Numbered from the stretch's first letter, positions 13,555 through 29,359 are shown. The stretch is 64,000 nt of DNA from Octopus bimaculoides (GCF_001194135.2 NC_068985.1:91023434-91087433), one strand, 5' to 3'. The notes: generated by a model from the letters alone, not told the origin. Numbers and translations: made by a program.

Positions 13555-14830
13555 TTTTACGCCTCCATCTGTACTTAATAGACTTTGTTTCTTCTGAGGA
13601 CATCCACATCCATACTGTCAGGTCATTGAAGAATTGTCGACCTTTCAACCCGAAACCATTGCATTACCTGGTCCTGATAGTGAACGGGGGAGATGTTAAA
13701 TATATTATAAATTATGCCGTCCCTCTGGGCATTTGTATAATACACGATGTCAAAACAAGTACTAGCCCCTCCAGAATTTTCCAAATGTACGTTATTATCT
13801 GTTTCTCAGTATTTCGATGCAGGATATAAATCGTAGCTTTTTCAGCAACTCTCAATAGTTGATCTGTTGCATTGGTACAATTCATTTAGTGTGGTGATGT
13901 TGAATCACTTCGAACTCCACTCATTTAAAATGTTTTATGGAGGTAAGCTTCGACCACAGCTGAAATCAGTAATCAGTAATCCACAGTAATCCACAGCATC
14001 TTTATCTCAGTCCCTGAAGCATCTTGCCAGTTGTATTCACTTTCTTGTCATCTTGTTAACATGTATATGAAATGTGTCATCATTACATCCAATGATCCTC
14101 AAGTCTCTCACTGCATGCGACTCTAGAATCGCAGTTCCTTTGAATAATATATATGCAGCTTGTGCTGCATTTGTGAGCTGAGAGCACAGTACTTGATATA
14201 ATCCAGTCGGGTACAGCAAGTTAGTTACTTTGTCCAATTATATATTTTATTCAGGTCCTGCTGTAATCATGCAACATGCAACATCATCAGCTTCCTTTAT
14301 TGCCTGTGATAATTTTCTATCAATGATGCAGCTAGTGACAGTGGCTGTCTGTATGAACATCAGTATGTCTAACAGAGCTACTATAAACAGTAACTGCTCA
14401 AACACATTTCCTAGGATGATGCCACTAAGAATTTGTTTCTTTACAGAGAGAATCCTTAGGAAATCGTGTAACCTCTCCCATATTTTCTCTGCTATGCGAA
14501 TGTCTCGCAACTGATAAACGTCTGCCCATATGATAAACTGATCTACCTCGTTGAATTAAAAGGTGAAGATACAACACATAGGCATTTATGTAATCGAGAA
14601 TCGGCTTAAAAATCAGTCATAGTGTCGTAAGATTTGTGTGAGATAGCTTCTATAGTAGTGCTGAATATCGTTTATTAAGTCATGTTTTTCTACAAAAGAT
14701 ATCAGTATATTTCTAACGACTTGTTCCGTGGTTTTGGTGATAGGTGAAATTAAAGTGGTGGGCCGATAGCTTTTAGCTTCTGCTCTGCTTCCACCTATTA
14801 TGGATAGGGCATATATTGCAAGCATTCTTT
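13555..14830 (-). mobile_element. Decayed CR1/L2-type non-LTR retrotransposon ORF2 (RT and C-terminal region)
   Basis: Minus-strand peptides GGSRAEAKSYRPTTLISPITKTTEQVVR...NDIQH...YLTQILRHYD, then WERLHDFL...LLFIVALLDI...KLSQAI, then AVRDLRII...FHIHVNKM, then IRTR*CNGFG: colinear RT-domain and C-terminal LINE motifs with stops and frameshifts. Confidence 0.9.
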
Positions 14831-15160
14831 AAAAACATTTATACCTCAAAAGAGCCCTCCCCCTTTTATTTATTTTTCTAAATAACTAACGTTCTCTTCC
14901 TTACTGACTGTAATTATATATATATTAAACAAACATCATTGATTTAAATATAATATTTTAAAGCAGCTGTCATGAATTTGTTTTAAATACGTCCTAAATA
15001 ATGGAATGCGAAATATTATTAGATCGTATCTTATGATAATCAATCCATTAATTAAATCCTGCGCATTTTGATAAACATTTGATTGAAAATGCATTGTGAA
15101 AGATGTTTACAAAACCGAATATTTATATACTGTCTATATGCACATCACTTGAAATCTAAA

Positions 15161-15198
<38 letters not shown>

Positions 15199-16685
15199 NN
15201 NNNNNNNNNNNNNNNNNNNNNNNNNNNNNNNNNNNNNNNNNNNNNNNNNNNNNNNNNNNNNNNNNNNNNNNNNNNNNNNNNNNNNNNNNNNNNNNNNNNN
15301 NNNNNNNNNNNNNNNNNNNNNNNNNNNNNNNNNNNNNNNNNNNNNNNNNNNNNNNNNNNNNNNNNNNNNNNNNNNNNNNNNNNNNNNNNNNNNNNNNNNN
15401 NNNNATTCACATGTTTAAATAAAGAGAAAGACTGACTCACACGCACACACACACTAACAAATATATACAGATTGACAGTTGAATACATAAATATATAAAT
15501 ATAGATATGACTAAAAATAAATTCCAAGAAACATCCAAATTAATAACTTTACGAACAGAATAATTTCCATTAAACGGGAATATATCGAACATAGTTACAT
15601 ATTCACATACATTTTGCAGGTATTTTATTTCAATACGTATTTTTCTTTGTTAATATTAAATAACTATCGATGTTTAGTTTGAATATGATTTTCTCATTGA
15701 AATATCACATAGAGCAAAGAAAGTTCATTTCGTTCAACAACTTTCAAAAATACCCAACATTTCACAAATAAACAATATTTCTCCGATAAACAATAGTTAT
15801 ACCATATAGAATATATCTTTGATCTCTGCTGAATAGGAACATCTCTGTCGCCATACTGCGTACGTTACATATATTAGTATTAATTTCTATATATTCTTAG
15901 AATATTTCTGAATATTTTGGTTACTGAATATGTTTGAGGAAATATGCTTTGAAATAATATTAGGTCCCATTCTTGATAATTCTATTCAGAATATATTTCC
16001 TTTCCGTTTTATTTGTATGCGTCGCAATAAAATGTTGCATATAGAACAATTCTATCATTCCAGTTATTTTTAAATGTTGAATAGCAACATCACTAGGATT
16101 GCAGTCCATAACGAGAATAGAGATTTAGCTCGATTTTATCATTACAGACTTTGTATTTTCGTTCTTTAAACGCTCAAGTTGAAATAATTGTTTTCTGATT
16201 GGCCATACGAAAAAAAAAATGAGTAACAAGATTATTGTTGGATTCGATCGATACACTAAAACAAACGTAACATGTGAAGCCACATACTGACCTTAGGATA
16301 CATTTTTGTACAGCTTCTCGGTGTATTCATCTAAAATGAAACCATTCTTCAATTAAATCAAATAATAAAAATATATCTGATATTAACCATATTCTGTCCA
16401 AATCGATTGCACAAAGTGTTAAGTCATCAGTTCCTTCTTAAAATAGCTACTTGCGTTCTATCTGCAATCAAACTTGCAAGCAAATCACTTTCGGGTTCGG
16501 TTACATAATCTATTATTAATTTTTCTGACATCTTCTGTTGCTATAATCATAGGAATAGCAATACCAATAAATTCATAAAATGATAGGAAATTGTATATAA
16601 ACATTTTAACATATTTATTTACTGCTCAAATCAAATTATGATTTATACATATTCAAATATATATTCCTGTGCTATATAAAATACT

Positions 16686-16985
16686 GGAGGCACATGGCCT
16701 ATTGGTTAAAGCAGCGGACTCGCGGTCGAGGGATCGTGGGTTCGAATCTCAGACCAGGCGATATGCGTGTTTATGAGCGAAAGACCTAAGCTCCATGCAA
16801 CTCATGCAGAAGTTAATGGTGAATTACTGCTGACTCCTTCGTCACAATTTTATTTCACTCTTTCCTCCTGTATCTAGCATGTCACCCCAAAGTGACCGGC
16901 GTCCCGTCCAGGCGGGGAAACTATACACCAATGAAGCCGGGAAACCGTCCCTTATTAGCCAAGCATGACACGAGAAGAAACAAAT
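16686..16985 (+). mobile_element. tRNA(Arg)-like-headed SINE
   Basis: A-box TGGCCTATTGG, anticodon arm with TCG (gcggactcgcggtcg), B-box GGTTCGAATC, followed by a non-tRNA body (cgtcccgtccaggcgggga...gggaaaccgtcccttattagcc) and an A-rich end. Confidence 0.8.
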
Positions 16986-18839
16986 TACATAAACTACTAA
17001 TCGTCTAACTCAGATGTATTCAATAATATTTCAAAGAACGGGCTCATAGATTTAAGTTTGATAAGCGAGAGGATAGGGGAATTAGGAAAAAAACAAATGA
17101 TGGTTATAATCTTTGCAAGAATCAAGAAAGATGCGCTCTTTGCTTTTCACCTTTTCACAGTCGCTTGTCCTTCTCTTTCAGTAACGTGCATATATACATG
17201 GAAAACATGAAAGCGTTGTTAGTCGCTTCAAATCGGTAACGCTTAGCGTTATCAATATCAAATTTCGTGGGAATTATCAGTCTCCCTCACTCTTCCGTGT
17301 TTTATTCTTTTATTTGGAATAATGTTATGATATATCTGAAATAAATATTTATATTCATTATTGCATTTCTGCAAACAGATATTGCGCTGTGCAATGTATT
17401 TTCAGTATATTGAAGATGATGTAAATCCATTCAGTCAGTTGGTATATAGGTCTAACCCTTATACACAACCGATAGCACGGCTTCCATAAAGCTGCGATAG
17501 TCTGACAACTGTATGTACGATGGGCTGAGGCATTCGTTCATGTTCAGAAATTTGCAACAATAACTCTAACTGGACACTAGTATCTACGTTGGTTGTCGGA
17601 TTGTTTAGTCTAGACTTTATTGTTTGAACGAAAAAGCGCTAACGAACTACTCTAGGAGATACAGCACTAACATTTCGGCCAGTGTAGTGAAAAAAAAGAC
17701 TTGTATCAGATAAACATTTTTATTTTCAAACCTCATTCGCTCTCACCTGCTTCTATGAAGCAATAGGCTGCCAGAAATATTCCGTCTCTAAAATGTGGGG
17801 CACCCAGCGTCCAATTACGTTTGAGTGCCCAACATTCATGTCGCAGTATAATATTTCGTTTCAAGCATTCTTTAGATACAATAATTAATGGTAAGATGGA
17901 TTGACTATTACAGAGGAAATCATGATGGGATAACAATAATATAGTTTAGATGAATAAAGAAAATTTTTTGTTGGCGTGTTTCTGTTTGCAAAAATGTAGC
18001 CAGTTATGTGGATTGGTCAAATATCTGAGATTTTTAAAGCACAGAAAATAAATTAAAATGTATAACACAAGTCATATAAAAAATGTATGTTTATTGTGAA
18101 TCATAATTTATGGGCAATATAATAAGTACACGTAAAAAAAATTCCGAAGGATGCACATGCGTCTTATTTAGATTTATATATACACATAAAACATTAATAT
18201 AAATTGAAATTTAGAAATTTGTGGTATGTGATCGTTAAAGCTGCTGTGTGTGTCTTTCGATGGTTGTTTGTTATAAAACATATAAACTAAGTAAGTAATG
18301 AGAATTATTTATTTGTTTACTAATGGATAATATGAAAATCATGATTCTTCAACATAGGTAAAAAAAAACTTTTCTTTTTTTCCGGAAACAAATTTATTCT
18401 GAACAATCTCCGTCTAAGCAAAACAAGATAATTTCCCAGACAGAAAGTATTATTTCCCACTTTTTTTTAATGGAGACATCGTGCGAATTAAACATGACAC
18501 ACTTATCTGCTGTACATGTTTTCTTTATTAGAAAGTTCTGAATGATACATTAGCAGTACACATAATAGTATACTGACAAAGACTTTGATATACTATATAA
18601 TATATTTACTGAAAGCCGTATCATGCAAACAACAGTTTGTATATAGAGTTACAAGGAAAATACTTTACGCATTTAATAAGGAGTCTTTCTATAAATTAAG
18701 GCTTAATGAAATGTAATCTACTTCTCATTGCAAGAAGCTTTCAGTTAAATGATCAATAACACGTCAATCTTCAGAAATTACATACAAACTGATATAGTTT
18801 TCAGAAAATACATCCAGAATTCGTACATGAAGTCATTAT

Positions 18840-19240
18840 GAAGTCCGCTTGTGTCTAACTCTTCCAAAAGTTTTACTGCTATTGAATCCCAAATCCAAAC
18901 TACACACCTAACCAAAAATGAATTCCTAGGGAGAAACGTCAACCGGAAATCATATAAACCTAACTTCAAGAAAGTACTGTAGACAGCAGTTAACATATTT
19001 TCAATAGAGAACGAACATAAATATGAAGTCGATTAAGTTCCAAATATGCGGCTGGTTAGAGCGTTTACACACAGCAGAGTATTAAGTATTTTAAATGACA
19101 AAAAATCAACAATAAATGAATAATAATCCCTTTTTCAAATAGTAGAGCTTGTAACAAAGAAATGCGCCTAGCATCTAAGCGTATTTATGTGCAATAAGTG
19201 TAGTGATATCAAGACATTCAACAACGAGGATTAATTTTTC
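18840..19240 (+). mobile_element. Decayed Penelope-like remnant (linker and GIY-YIG N-terminus)
   Basis: Frame PLVSNSSK...RKSYKPNFKKVL* (cf. KRQPxNLKKLL), later ASKRIYV then frameshifted CNKCSD (cf. SKNLIYVITCxxC). Confidence 0.5.
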
Positions 19241-20618
19241 TCATTAAATGAATTATCTAAACTTGAAATAAATAACTGTCAGAGAATTCCACTGACATAT
19301 AAATTTAGGGTTTTTCTAAGAATCTGAATGATAACGAGTATGACAATAATTTCCCAGTTAAATCAGACCAACTGGATGGATTTCTATACAATTTCAATCG
19401 GCAAAATTTCCCTCATAACTAATGTGTTGACAAGAGGTGAAGGAAAATAATATTTGTGTAAGATGCAGCACAGCTTGATAAAAGCTGAGAGATGCTTGAG
19501 AATTAAAATACTCAGCAATTTGGTTATTCTCTACGAATACACTCCTGCACACAGACAAATGCATGCATGCAAGCACACACATGCGTCCACGCACACAACT
19601 GCAAAAGAACACAAGTGCGCACTCACACGTGTATGCAGTCCAACAAGCTCAAAAGCAACACATGTGTATCTTTTCTTTAATCGTGAATGCACTCTTTTAG
19701 ATATAACAACTACAGATGAATGCACTTGCGTTTTCTTGAGATTATTACATGCAGGAAATAGATGAACGAGAAATGAAATTTAACATTGTGTCTTAGTAAT
19801 TGTTAAACATATTGTGTACGTCCTTTGGAGGTTTATTATAAAAGGAAATGAACTATGGAAATTATAAGAAGTATTAATTAGCTTACATGCTTCATTAGCT
19901 TACAAGTTTTCAACGCCACTCGTTGTTCTAACACACTTTGTTCTATAACACGGCTTCAGTATTACGCTCATTCTCTCTCCATGTCTCTTTCTCCTTTTCT
20001 CTCTCTCTTTCTTTCTCTCTCTCTCTCTATCTCTCTCTTTCTCTCTCTCTCCCTCTCTCTCTCTCATACACACTCTTTTCTGTCTCTCACTCTCTCACTT
20101 TCTTTCTCTGAATTTGATTCCACCTATGAAATTTAATGCTCCGTAGGTACGGCACTAGATACTCGAACGTCAGCTTCAGGCAACCGAATGTAGAAAGGAA
20201 CGAAGTACAACATGGCTTCTTGGAACTTGGCTGCTACTGTTCAAAGCAGGTCACATATTGTTGTTGAAAATGGTACTGAAATATTAGTGACATGACATGC
20301 ATCAACAGCCTGTATTACTTGTACAATGTGGCTGGACATGATTTTGGTGGTGCCTCGCTGTCTGGAAAATATTTGTGAGAAACGTATGTGAGAGAAATCG
20401 CCGTTCTGTGTGTATTTGTGTGTGTGTGTGTGGGTGCATGTAAGTGTCTGCATCTGCCTGCCAGCTGTATGGATGCGTGGATATATGTCCCTGTGTGGGG
20501 GGAGTGAGGCTTCCATGTGCTTGTATCAACTGTGTATGTATATCAGCTATACGTATGTGCTAATGTGTTATGACTACGAAACTTATTTTTCCGTGTATCT
20601 ACCCAACCCTTGTATACC

Positions 20619-20649
<31 letters not shown>

Positions 20650-21619
20650 NNNNNNNNNNNNNNNNNNNNNNNNNNNNNNNNNNNNNNNNNNNNNNNNNNN
20701 NNNNNNNNNNNNNNNNNNNNNNNNNNNNNNNNNNNNNNNNNNNNNNNNNNNNNNNNNNNNNNNNNNNNNNNNNNNNNNNNNNNNNNNNNNNNNNNNNNNN
20801 NNNNNNNNNNNNNNNNNNNNNNNNNNNNNNNNNNNNNNNNNNNNNNNNNNNNNNNNNNNNNNNNNNNNNNNNNNNNNNNNNNNNNNNNNNNNNNNNNNNN
20901 NNNNNNNNNNNNNNNNNNNNNNNNNNNNNNNNNNNNNNNNNNNNNNNNNNNNNNNNNNNNNNNNNNNNNNNNNNNNNNNNNNNNNNNNNNNNNNNNNNNN
21001 NNNNNNNNNNNNNNNNNNNNNNNNNNNNNNNNNNNNNNNNNNNNNNNNNNNNNNNNNNNNNNNNNNNNNNNNNNNNNNNNNNNNNNNNNNNNNNNNNNNN
21101 NNNNNNNNNNNNNNNNNNNNNNNNNNNNNNNNNNNNNNNNNNNNNNNNNNNNNNNNNNNNNNNNNNNNNNNNNNNNNNNNNNNNNNNNNNNNNNNNNNNN
21201 NNNNNNNNNNNNNNNNNNNNNNNNNNNNNNNNNNNNNNNNNNNNNNNNNNNNNNNNNNNNNNNNNNNNNNNNNNNNNNNNNNNNNNNNNNNNATCATGAT
21301 GTTAGAATCTTTGTATTTTCGTATTTTCTCAAGAAAATTTTAGTCCATGTTGCATGTGGAGAAGTTTTTGAATGAATGATTCAACAAGTAGGAAAAATCT
21401 AATAGGTTGTAATTGGTGATCGTTTTTATTAGTGAGAAAGGAGGTAATTTTTCATCTTTCGGAGAGGGGATAAATACGGACAAGAACATAAAGGCAGAAA
21501 TAGCGGGAACAACTATGTACAATGATGGGTATATGATGATGAGTTAAAATATATACTAAGACCAAAGCTGCTTATGCGTCCCTCAGTCGACTGAATCCCT
21601 CCCAATTCCATTTTTTCTC

Positions 21620-21703
21620 TACTGCACCCTTGGGCACCAGCGCCCGCATGGATCGTCCCAACGCACACCGTGGGGCGGTAGCGCCCACTTTGAGTGCCTA
21701 TGA
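21620..21703 (-). mobile_element. Probable hAT/Charlie-type DNA transposon terminal fragment
   Basis: GC-rich island; the minus strand begins ...CTCAAAGTGGGCGCTACCGCCCCACGG, resembling Charlie-type termini as I recall them (unverified); internal repeats gggcaccagcgccc / gggcggtagcgccc. Confidence 0.35.
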
Positions 21704-22577
21704 TGCAGAGTATTAAATGTAAGAGAAGTAGCTTTATTGCTTTTTATTTAATTTGTGACGAAATATCGTATTCAGTTATTCTTTTAAATAATCATGTAAT
21801 ACTATTGGGCTATCTGTTCAAAGTGTTATTCTCTTCAATTCTGAAAGCTGTGTTCGTTCATCTCTATACATTCACCAGTTATTCTGTAGACGTTTATTAA
21901 TTTCATTTCTCCCAGAATTATATACAGCCTATTCTGGAAAAATTCACGACGAAAATTTAAGCGCATGTTCAGTGTCTTACTATTATTTGTAGTTTAAAAT
22001 GTAGTAAATTATCGTCGAAGATTTCATGGACATCTTCTAAACTGTATTACCAAACAGAAGTCTTGCCATGATTAGTATTGTTTTAATATTTTTTAGATTA
22101 TGTAAAGGAAAATTAAAACAAATAATGTATTCTTCACGTGAAGTATTATTGGAACTTTTGAGAAACTCTTCATTTTATGGCAATTATTGCAGATACCGCA
22201 AACATTCAGGTAAAAATAAAATCAGTGCATATAATTAACAACCTGAAAGCGAAATAATAGCTGGAGGGATTCAAATTTCTTTAAACGATGCAACATAACA
22301 ATGACTAAATTTTAAGAATAAATTCGCAGGCACAATTTCTTTAAAAAATAAATCAATAGCAGAGAAACCCCCCAAAATGATATAATCAAATTGTATTTTA
22401 TATAAAGATTGCTCTCTGTGGACATGGAACTAAACGTGCTTCATTCCATGTTTATTAACCGAAAGTTAGATTGCGTGAATTAATATAATTAGCAAGGACA
22501 CTACACTCTCAACACCATTTGCGAAATTATAATCCTGTACTAATGAAAAACCATCTGTGTTAGTAAGAGACATCGGA

Positions 22578-22660
22578 TAACAACAGCAACAACAACAACA
22601 ACAACAACAATATTAATAATTATAATAATAATAATAATAACAACAACAACAATATTAATA
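22578..22660 (+). repeat. Compound (AAC)n/(AAT)n microsatellite
   Basis: Read directly: aacaacagcaacaacaac...aataataataat...caacaacaac. Confidence 0.9.
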
Positions 22661-24329
22661 CGCCTGAGAACTGAAGACATACATTTAGAAAACAATGACA
22701 ACTGCTAAAACATGTTTTTCTATTCACATATATAGCTAAGAAAATTGAGGAGAAAAGAAAAAAAAATATACACGATTAAGGGAAGTGTGTTACACCCAGG
22801 TCTCAGTAGCATTGGGAAGGGTAAGCAAAACAGACAAAAATAAACAGCCGTTATATAACATTTTCAAAACAGATTTTTAAGGCGAAAATAATCAGTGTTC
22901 CAAGAAGCTTATAACGAGTATCCCTCTTGATAAGTTCTCTCACCGTAAACAAGAATCCATGCGAGAGACGAACAGCATATTGTCGACATATAAATGCGCT
23001 CAAGATATTTAACTTAGTGTCTGCAGAGTATTGTTTATATTTTCCAGCAAGACAAAATGAGTACACAGAAATTTTCCAAAAGCACCAACTTTAAATACAA
23101 AATATAGAGGTATCGGCTTTTTCTGCGGTCAACTTTACTGTGGCTGCCGTAATGTAAGATATAAAGGAAGCGTTTCAATTTATACCTTAGTATCACTCAC
23201 AGAAGAAATGACATCAACCATTTTAAGTGGAGGCTATTGCTACCAACAGTTTCTAACAACTAAAAGTGAATTAAAAAGTGTGGACGTGAAACCATTTCGG
23301 CTTCCCTCAGAGACTGGAGGGAAGATTTCTGGACGCAGATTAATAACATATTTAATCAGCAACCGTGTAGATTTTGGGTTAAAACCGAAGATTAGTTTCA
23401 ACTAAGACGAATAAGTCCTCAACTGAAAACGATTCTGATCTAAACTTTCCCTATGAGCATGTGTTGATTTTGCAGCTGTGGACAGATGCGGCCTAAGTAC
23501 TAAAACTAAGTATTAAGTATTATGATATTACACAATAACGCACAAACCATTATATTTAACGCAAAATGCAATGGAAAAAAAGCAACACAGAAATTTCCGG
23601 TTCATACGTACACACACTCTCCCCCACACAAACAAGCGCAAACAAATATATACAATTATATATTTTTTGAGCCAATAAATACTGGCCCTGCTGGATTTTG
23701 AATAGGAGTGTATGAATGTTTTTGCATGAATCAAAATGAAGTACTGCATTGTATATTCATAAGAAAATTGTTCAAATGTGTCTACATCACGTATCTTTCA
23801 ATATGATGACACGAGTTGAGATAGTTCTTAGAAAATTCAGTTAGTTTTCTACATATGCATCGTATTTTGTTTCGTATTAATGCATATTATAAATGGAAAT
23901 CGTGAATATAACTATGTTTTATTCAAATACACAGTAATTTTCTTCGTATTAAATATAATAGAAAATATAATTACCATAATTTCGACCATATATAAATTTA
24001 AATTTCATAAATATAGTAAGCCAGCCGCAAAACAAGTTATTTGAGCTAAATCTGAAAAAAAGATGTCTGGATGTGGGATAGTGGTAAATGCTGTTTATTG
24101 GCCCAGTAAACTCGTATTAAGGAAGGAAAGAAATGTATTTAGCTTCTGGCTGTAAATAAGATGGATATCATAAATACGCTATTTTCGTTTTTCAAATTGA
24201 ATCTCTGCGACAAATATATACATATTCTTTTTTTTTTATTCTTATCATACATATACATATTAGTGCGTATGAGAGTGAATTTCATATATATGCATTATAT
24301 ATATATATATATATATATATATAGATATG

Positions 24330-24385
<56 letters not shown>

Positions 24386-24472
24386 TTTATATATAAATAC
24401 ATATACATATAAAAAATATGCATACGTAGCGTATGTGCCTGTTTAACTCCGTTTATGAGTGTNNNNNNNNNN

Positions 24473-24503
<31 letters not shown>

Positions 24504-26782
24504 GAGACAGCGAACGTGAGAGAGATTGGGAGCGATGTGTATAGCTAGAAAGAGAGTGAATACATCCCTTTTAGAAAGTGTATATGTGTGTATGTGTGTG
24601 TGTATGTGTGTGTGTATGTGTACATATGTACATAATAAGTTGCAATGTTTGCCTGATAGGTATCTGCATAAGAGCGCCTAGTTAATACGGACGATTTATT
24701 TTATAATGTATTAAATAATATTTGGGAAAACATATTTATAACCAACCATTTCATTTTGATATTTAATACAAGCGTATTTTTCACACACGGTATATGTGTA
24801 TTTCTTCAAATTTGGTAGACTTTGAAAAGAACATGATTTTTGACACAGATTTCTATTAAATATACAAGAATAAAACATGGGTGTCATCAGCGCCACTATC
24901 ATTATCTGCTTTTTACTGGGAATATTTGCATTAATCTGCTACCATAACAGTGAAAACGATTGGAACCAAGCATCATAGATTAGGGAAAGATTTAAGTATA
25001 TTGTTAAGGAAAATAAGTTTCCACTTATAAAAACATTATACGGTATGTCATACAGTGGTACATTTCTTGATCACAAGATTAAATATTTGCAGAAAAAATT
25101 AGCCTCATCGAAAGTGAATAAAATACCATTATGTTTAAAATTGCCAAGAAGCGTAACCAGACGTGCAAATTAGATGATTCATCGAAAACATATGATGTAT
25201 GCCCATTAGCAATATTTCGAAATATAACAATTCAAACGAAAATTACCAGATTATATACTTCCGTTAAAATTAGATACTTTGTGAAATTAATACAGCCAAA
25301 ACCATTCCTTTGTGTAGCACACATATGACTAAAACTTAATCGGGAAAACTTGTACCATGAACAAATCCGTACTTAATATATTGCGGTATGCATCAGAAGC
25401 AACACAGAAAAAGAACGATAATTCCTTAGTATAAAATAGCACAAACGCGCGGCTATGATATTTTTAGCATTATTTATAACAAATTTGAGAAATAATTAAA
25501 TAACTGAACTAAAATGTATTCATGTGGTAAATCCAAAGATGTTTTGCATAAGCCTCAGCAAGAATATCTTTCAGTGATCTCCATACTAAAATAAGTATTC
25601 CTATTTTGTGCTCAAAAAAGCACAGCACCAGTTATAAACTAATTTATGTGGTCAATCAAACACCATGTTAATGCTTGGAATATCTCGGTCGATCTTAGGT
25701 TATTTATAGATCTAGTACCATAGAGAATTTAATATGCTATACATCTAGTCGATTATCACTATTGCAGTCGAATAATTTATTGATTTGGGTTTTGTAGGGA
25801 AAGCTATATATAATTATAATTCGTCATGAAATTCAAATAGAAAAGAAAATTTGAGAGCATGAAATTCAAATTAAGGCTTACAACATGTGGCACATTGTCA
25901 CATATAATGTCCTTACGAAAGATAAAAGCATGCTAAATAGTGTTGTTTAGTCTAGTTATGTATGGGAACTAAAACTATATATGTACATAATTTAATGCAC
26001 AGATGACTGTACTAGCAACTAATATGTAAGACATCGATTTTCACATTTAGACACATTCGTTACGTAAATAAATTGCTTGGAGAATTGTACATATTGAGCA
26101 TATATGAAGATTTATTCAATTTTCTTCCAAACATGGAAGAAGGAAGCAATTAACATTGCACTGAGTACGACCATGCAACTCATACAATTTATATATACTT
26201 GTTGAGGAAATTTTATTATGTATTGTTTAGCATGAGTTCTCGTATAAAACATAGAGCATCTGCATACATTCGACATTTAGCAATAACTGATATGAAGATA
26301 GCATCAAAGATACTTCATTTTTTTTTCTACACGAAATTTCTAATTAGCATATATTAAGTCACACCCGAAGACTATTTGCATACACAAACGTATATTCATG
26401 TAAACATAACAACACACACACAAAGAACGCATTCGCGCACGCATATATACATATATATACGTATTTATATATATACGTATATATATATATATATATNNNN
26501 NNNNNNNNNNNNNNNNNNNNNNNNNNNNNNNNNNNNNNNNNNNNNNNNNNNNNNNNNNNNNNNNNNNNNNNNNNNNNNNNNNNNNNNNNNNNNNNNNNNN
26601 NNNNNNNNNNNNNNNNNNNNNNNNNNNNNNNNNNNNNNNNNNNNNNNNNNNNNNNNNNNNNNNNNNNNNNNNNNNNNNNNNNNNNNNNNNNNNNNNNNNN
26701 NNNNNNNNNNNNNNNNNNNNNNNNNNNNNNNNNNNNNNNNNNNNNNNNNNNNNNNNNNNNNNNNNNNNNNNNNNNNNNNNNN

Positions 26783-26816
<34 letters not shown>

Positions 26817-28256
26817 CATATATATATATATATATGTGTGTATGTATGTATATGTATACATATGCATTTCCGTATGTATATATATAATACATCGATCTGT
26901 GACACTGTCTCTTTGCTAATATCACTGATGATTCATCACAATATCCTTCTCTTAATGTATGGTTTCTGATTAATATTCAAGGCCTCATATTAGTTCAATC
27001 AAATGTTTGTTTGTATTACCTTAATTGTTGGTATGAAAAATTGGTAAATCGAAATATCTAAAGTTATTTTCTTCCTCTATACTTATGAAAATCCTATTAG
27101 TTATGAAATATAACGAATGTGGGATAAAAAATAAGCAAAATGTTTTCCTATTTTCATATTTTAATATGTACCATTTCTGCAATAAGTATTTTAACATATA
27201 TATATACATTTGCATGTATTCATGTGTGTGTGTGTGCTTATGCATGTATGCATATCTTCATATTCACCTAATACTAATTGATTATAGCATGGCCACTAAA
27301 CATTCCCGCAAACAATGTCAGCTACAGACATATTCAAACTCTTATGCATACACAAAACTATGTACATACGTTTAGAATGTGGGGTCGTTGCACCGTCAGT
27401 TATCCATGCATGTCAACAGCATGTGTTTGTGCACACTTATGAATGTGTGCGTGTGTATGTGAGTGAGTGATTATTTATATAACTAATGTCTATTATATAT
27501 ATATATTTAAATATGAATTATATATTGCTACAGTGTCATTTGCATAAGACCACATTAAATCGGAAGCTTTGCGTCAAGTGAGTATGTAACGATGTATTTA
27601 TCATTATATTTTTCTACTTATATGTCCTTAGTAAATAACAATTCATTAGTGAAAAGTATCAAGGAGACGAAAGGAACCCGAAATGAATATCGCGTATGGG
27701 TCTTAACAGAAAAACTAACAGATGTACCTCAATAGATCTTTGGTTATACTAAGAAGCGTTCCATTATAAATAATGTTTTCCTGGATACCGATTCAATTAC
27801 GTGTTTATCGCATTTTAAGGCATTTTATTCTTTATCCAATTTTAACTCATATTAGTGAATAATGTAATTAAAAATAAATGTGTTATCTCCCTCTTCTTCA
27901 CTTTCAATTTTTTTTTTATTTCATTATATTAAATGAAAAAAATAGAGAAATTCATAAAAAAAATCAGTTATGATTATTCTAATCTGTTTGAGGTTTACAA
28001 AATCGATGACAAAGTGTATAGAGCATGCATAATAAATGAAACAGAACTTAATCAGTGGAATATTTCTCATCATTTATTCCATAGCGTTATATTTTATATT
28101 ATAATTAATCTTCATTTATTAATGATCAAAACCATCTGTTTGAAGAGGCACGTTTTAATTTCTCTTACAAACGCGTTCATATGTACACACACACACACAG
28201 GCACGCACACACACACGCAATCACACAAACACATGCATGTGTATATATACGCATCA

Positions 28257-28294
<38 letters not shown>

Positions 28295-29091
28295 NNNNNN
28301 NNNNNNNNNNNNNNNNNNNNNNNNNNNNNNNNNNNNNNNNNNNNNNNNNNNNNNNNNNNNNNNNNNNNNNNNNNNNNNNNNNNNNNNNNNNNNNNNNNNN
28401 NNNNNNNNNNNNNNNNNNNNNNNNNNNNNNNNNNNNNNNNNNNNNNNNNNNNNNNNNNNNNNNNNNNNNNNNNNNNNNNNNNNNNNNNNNNNNNNNNNNN
28501 NNNNNNNNNNNNNNNNNNNNNNNNNNNNNNNNNNNNNNNNNNNNNNNNNNNNNNNNNNNNNNNNNNNNNNNNNNNNNNNNNNNNNNNNNNNNNNNNNNNN
28601 NNNNNNNNNNNNNNNNNNNNNNNNNNNNNNNNNNNNNNNNNNNATATATAAGAAATGATTTTGAAAAAATTTCATTAACTTTAATATTTAATTTCTACTG
28701 CAATTTAATTGCTTTTTCGTAATTTCCTATTAGTCCGTAACTTATAATTAACAGTGAAAGGTGCACTTCGGTATAATTATATTTTTAGTTACAATAATAA
28801 TATTTATTGTATTATACATAATTGTAATTTTATTTTGTATGAAAAGAAATCATAATATTAGATTTGAAATCAAATTAAGTTTTAAACAATTGTCTCCCTT
28901 GATTCTAGGATTCAAAGAGCTGTCTATGCTTGTAATTTTACAGGCATCCCAAAATTTGATGCATGTATACATACATACATACATACACACACACATACAT
29001 ACATATATGTATATATATAAATACACACGCACATAGACACACACACATGTATGTATAGATACGTTTACATATATATACATATATGTATATA

Positions 29092-29163
<72 letters not shown>

Positions 29164-29359
29164 CGTGTGTGTGCGTATGTGTGTGGAGTTCGAGCACCAC
29201 CGTGGTCCTTCCGATTTCCTTAGTCTGGGCTTTTTAACATCACCACTCCTGTATGTGACTCTGTTCCAGTTGTTGACCCATTTGGTGCATGTGGGGAGTT
29301 TGTTTCAGCTACCCTCATCTGCGCCTTATGTCGGGTTTTTTTTTCAGGTGATGATGATT

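Noticed and set aside
4525-16760. tRNA genes at 4525-4570, 4620-4675, 16686-16755 (and 51280-51325)
   Set aside because: No paired acceptor stem or proper terminator, and each continues into a repeated SINE body, so these are SINE heads rather than tRNA genes.
23030-23420. FQQDK and NDINHFKW fragments hinting at a Tc1 DDE domain
   Set aside because: Spacing and residues are too degenerate to call.
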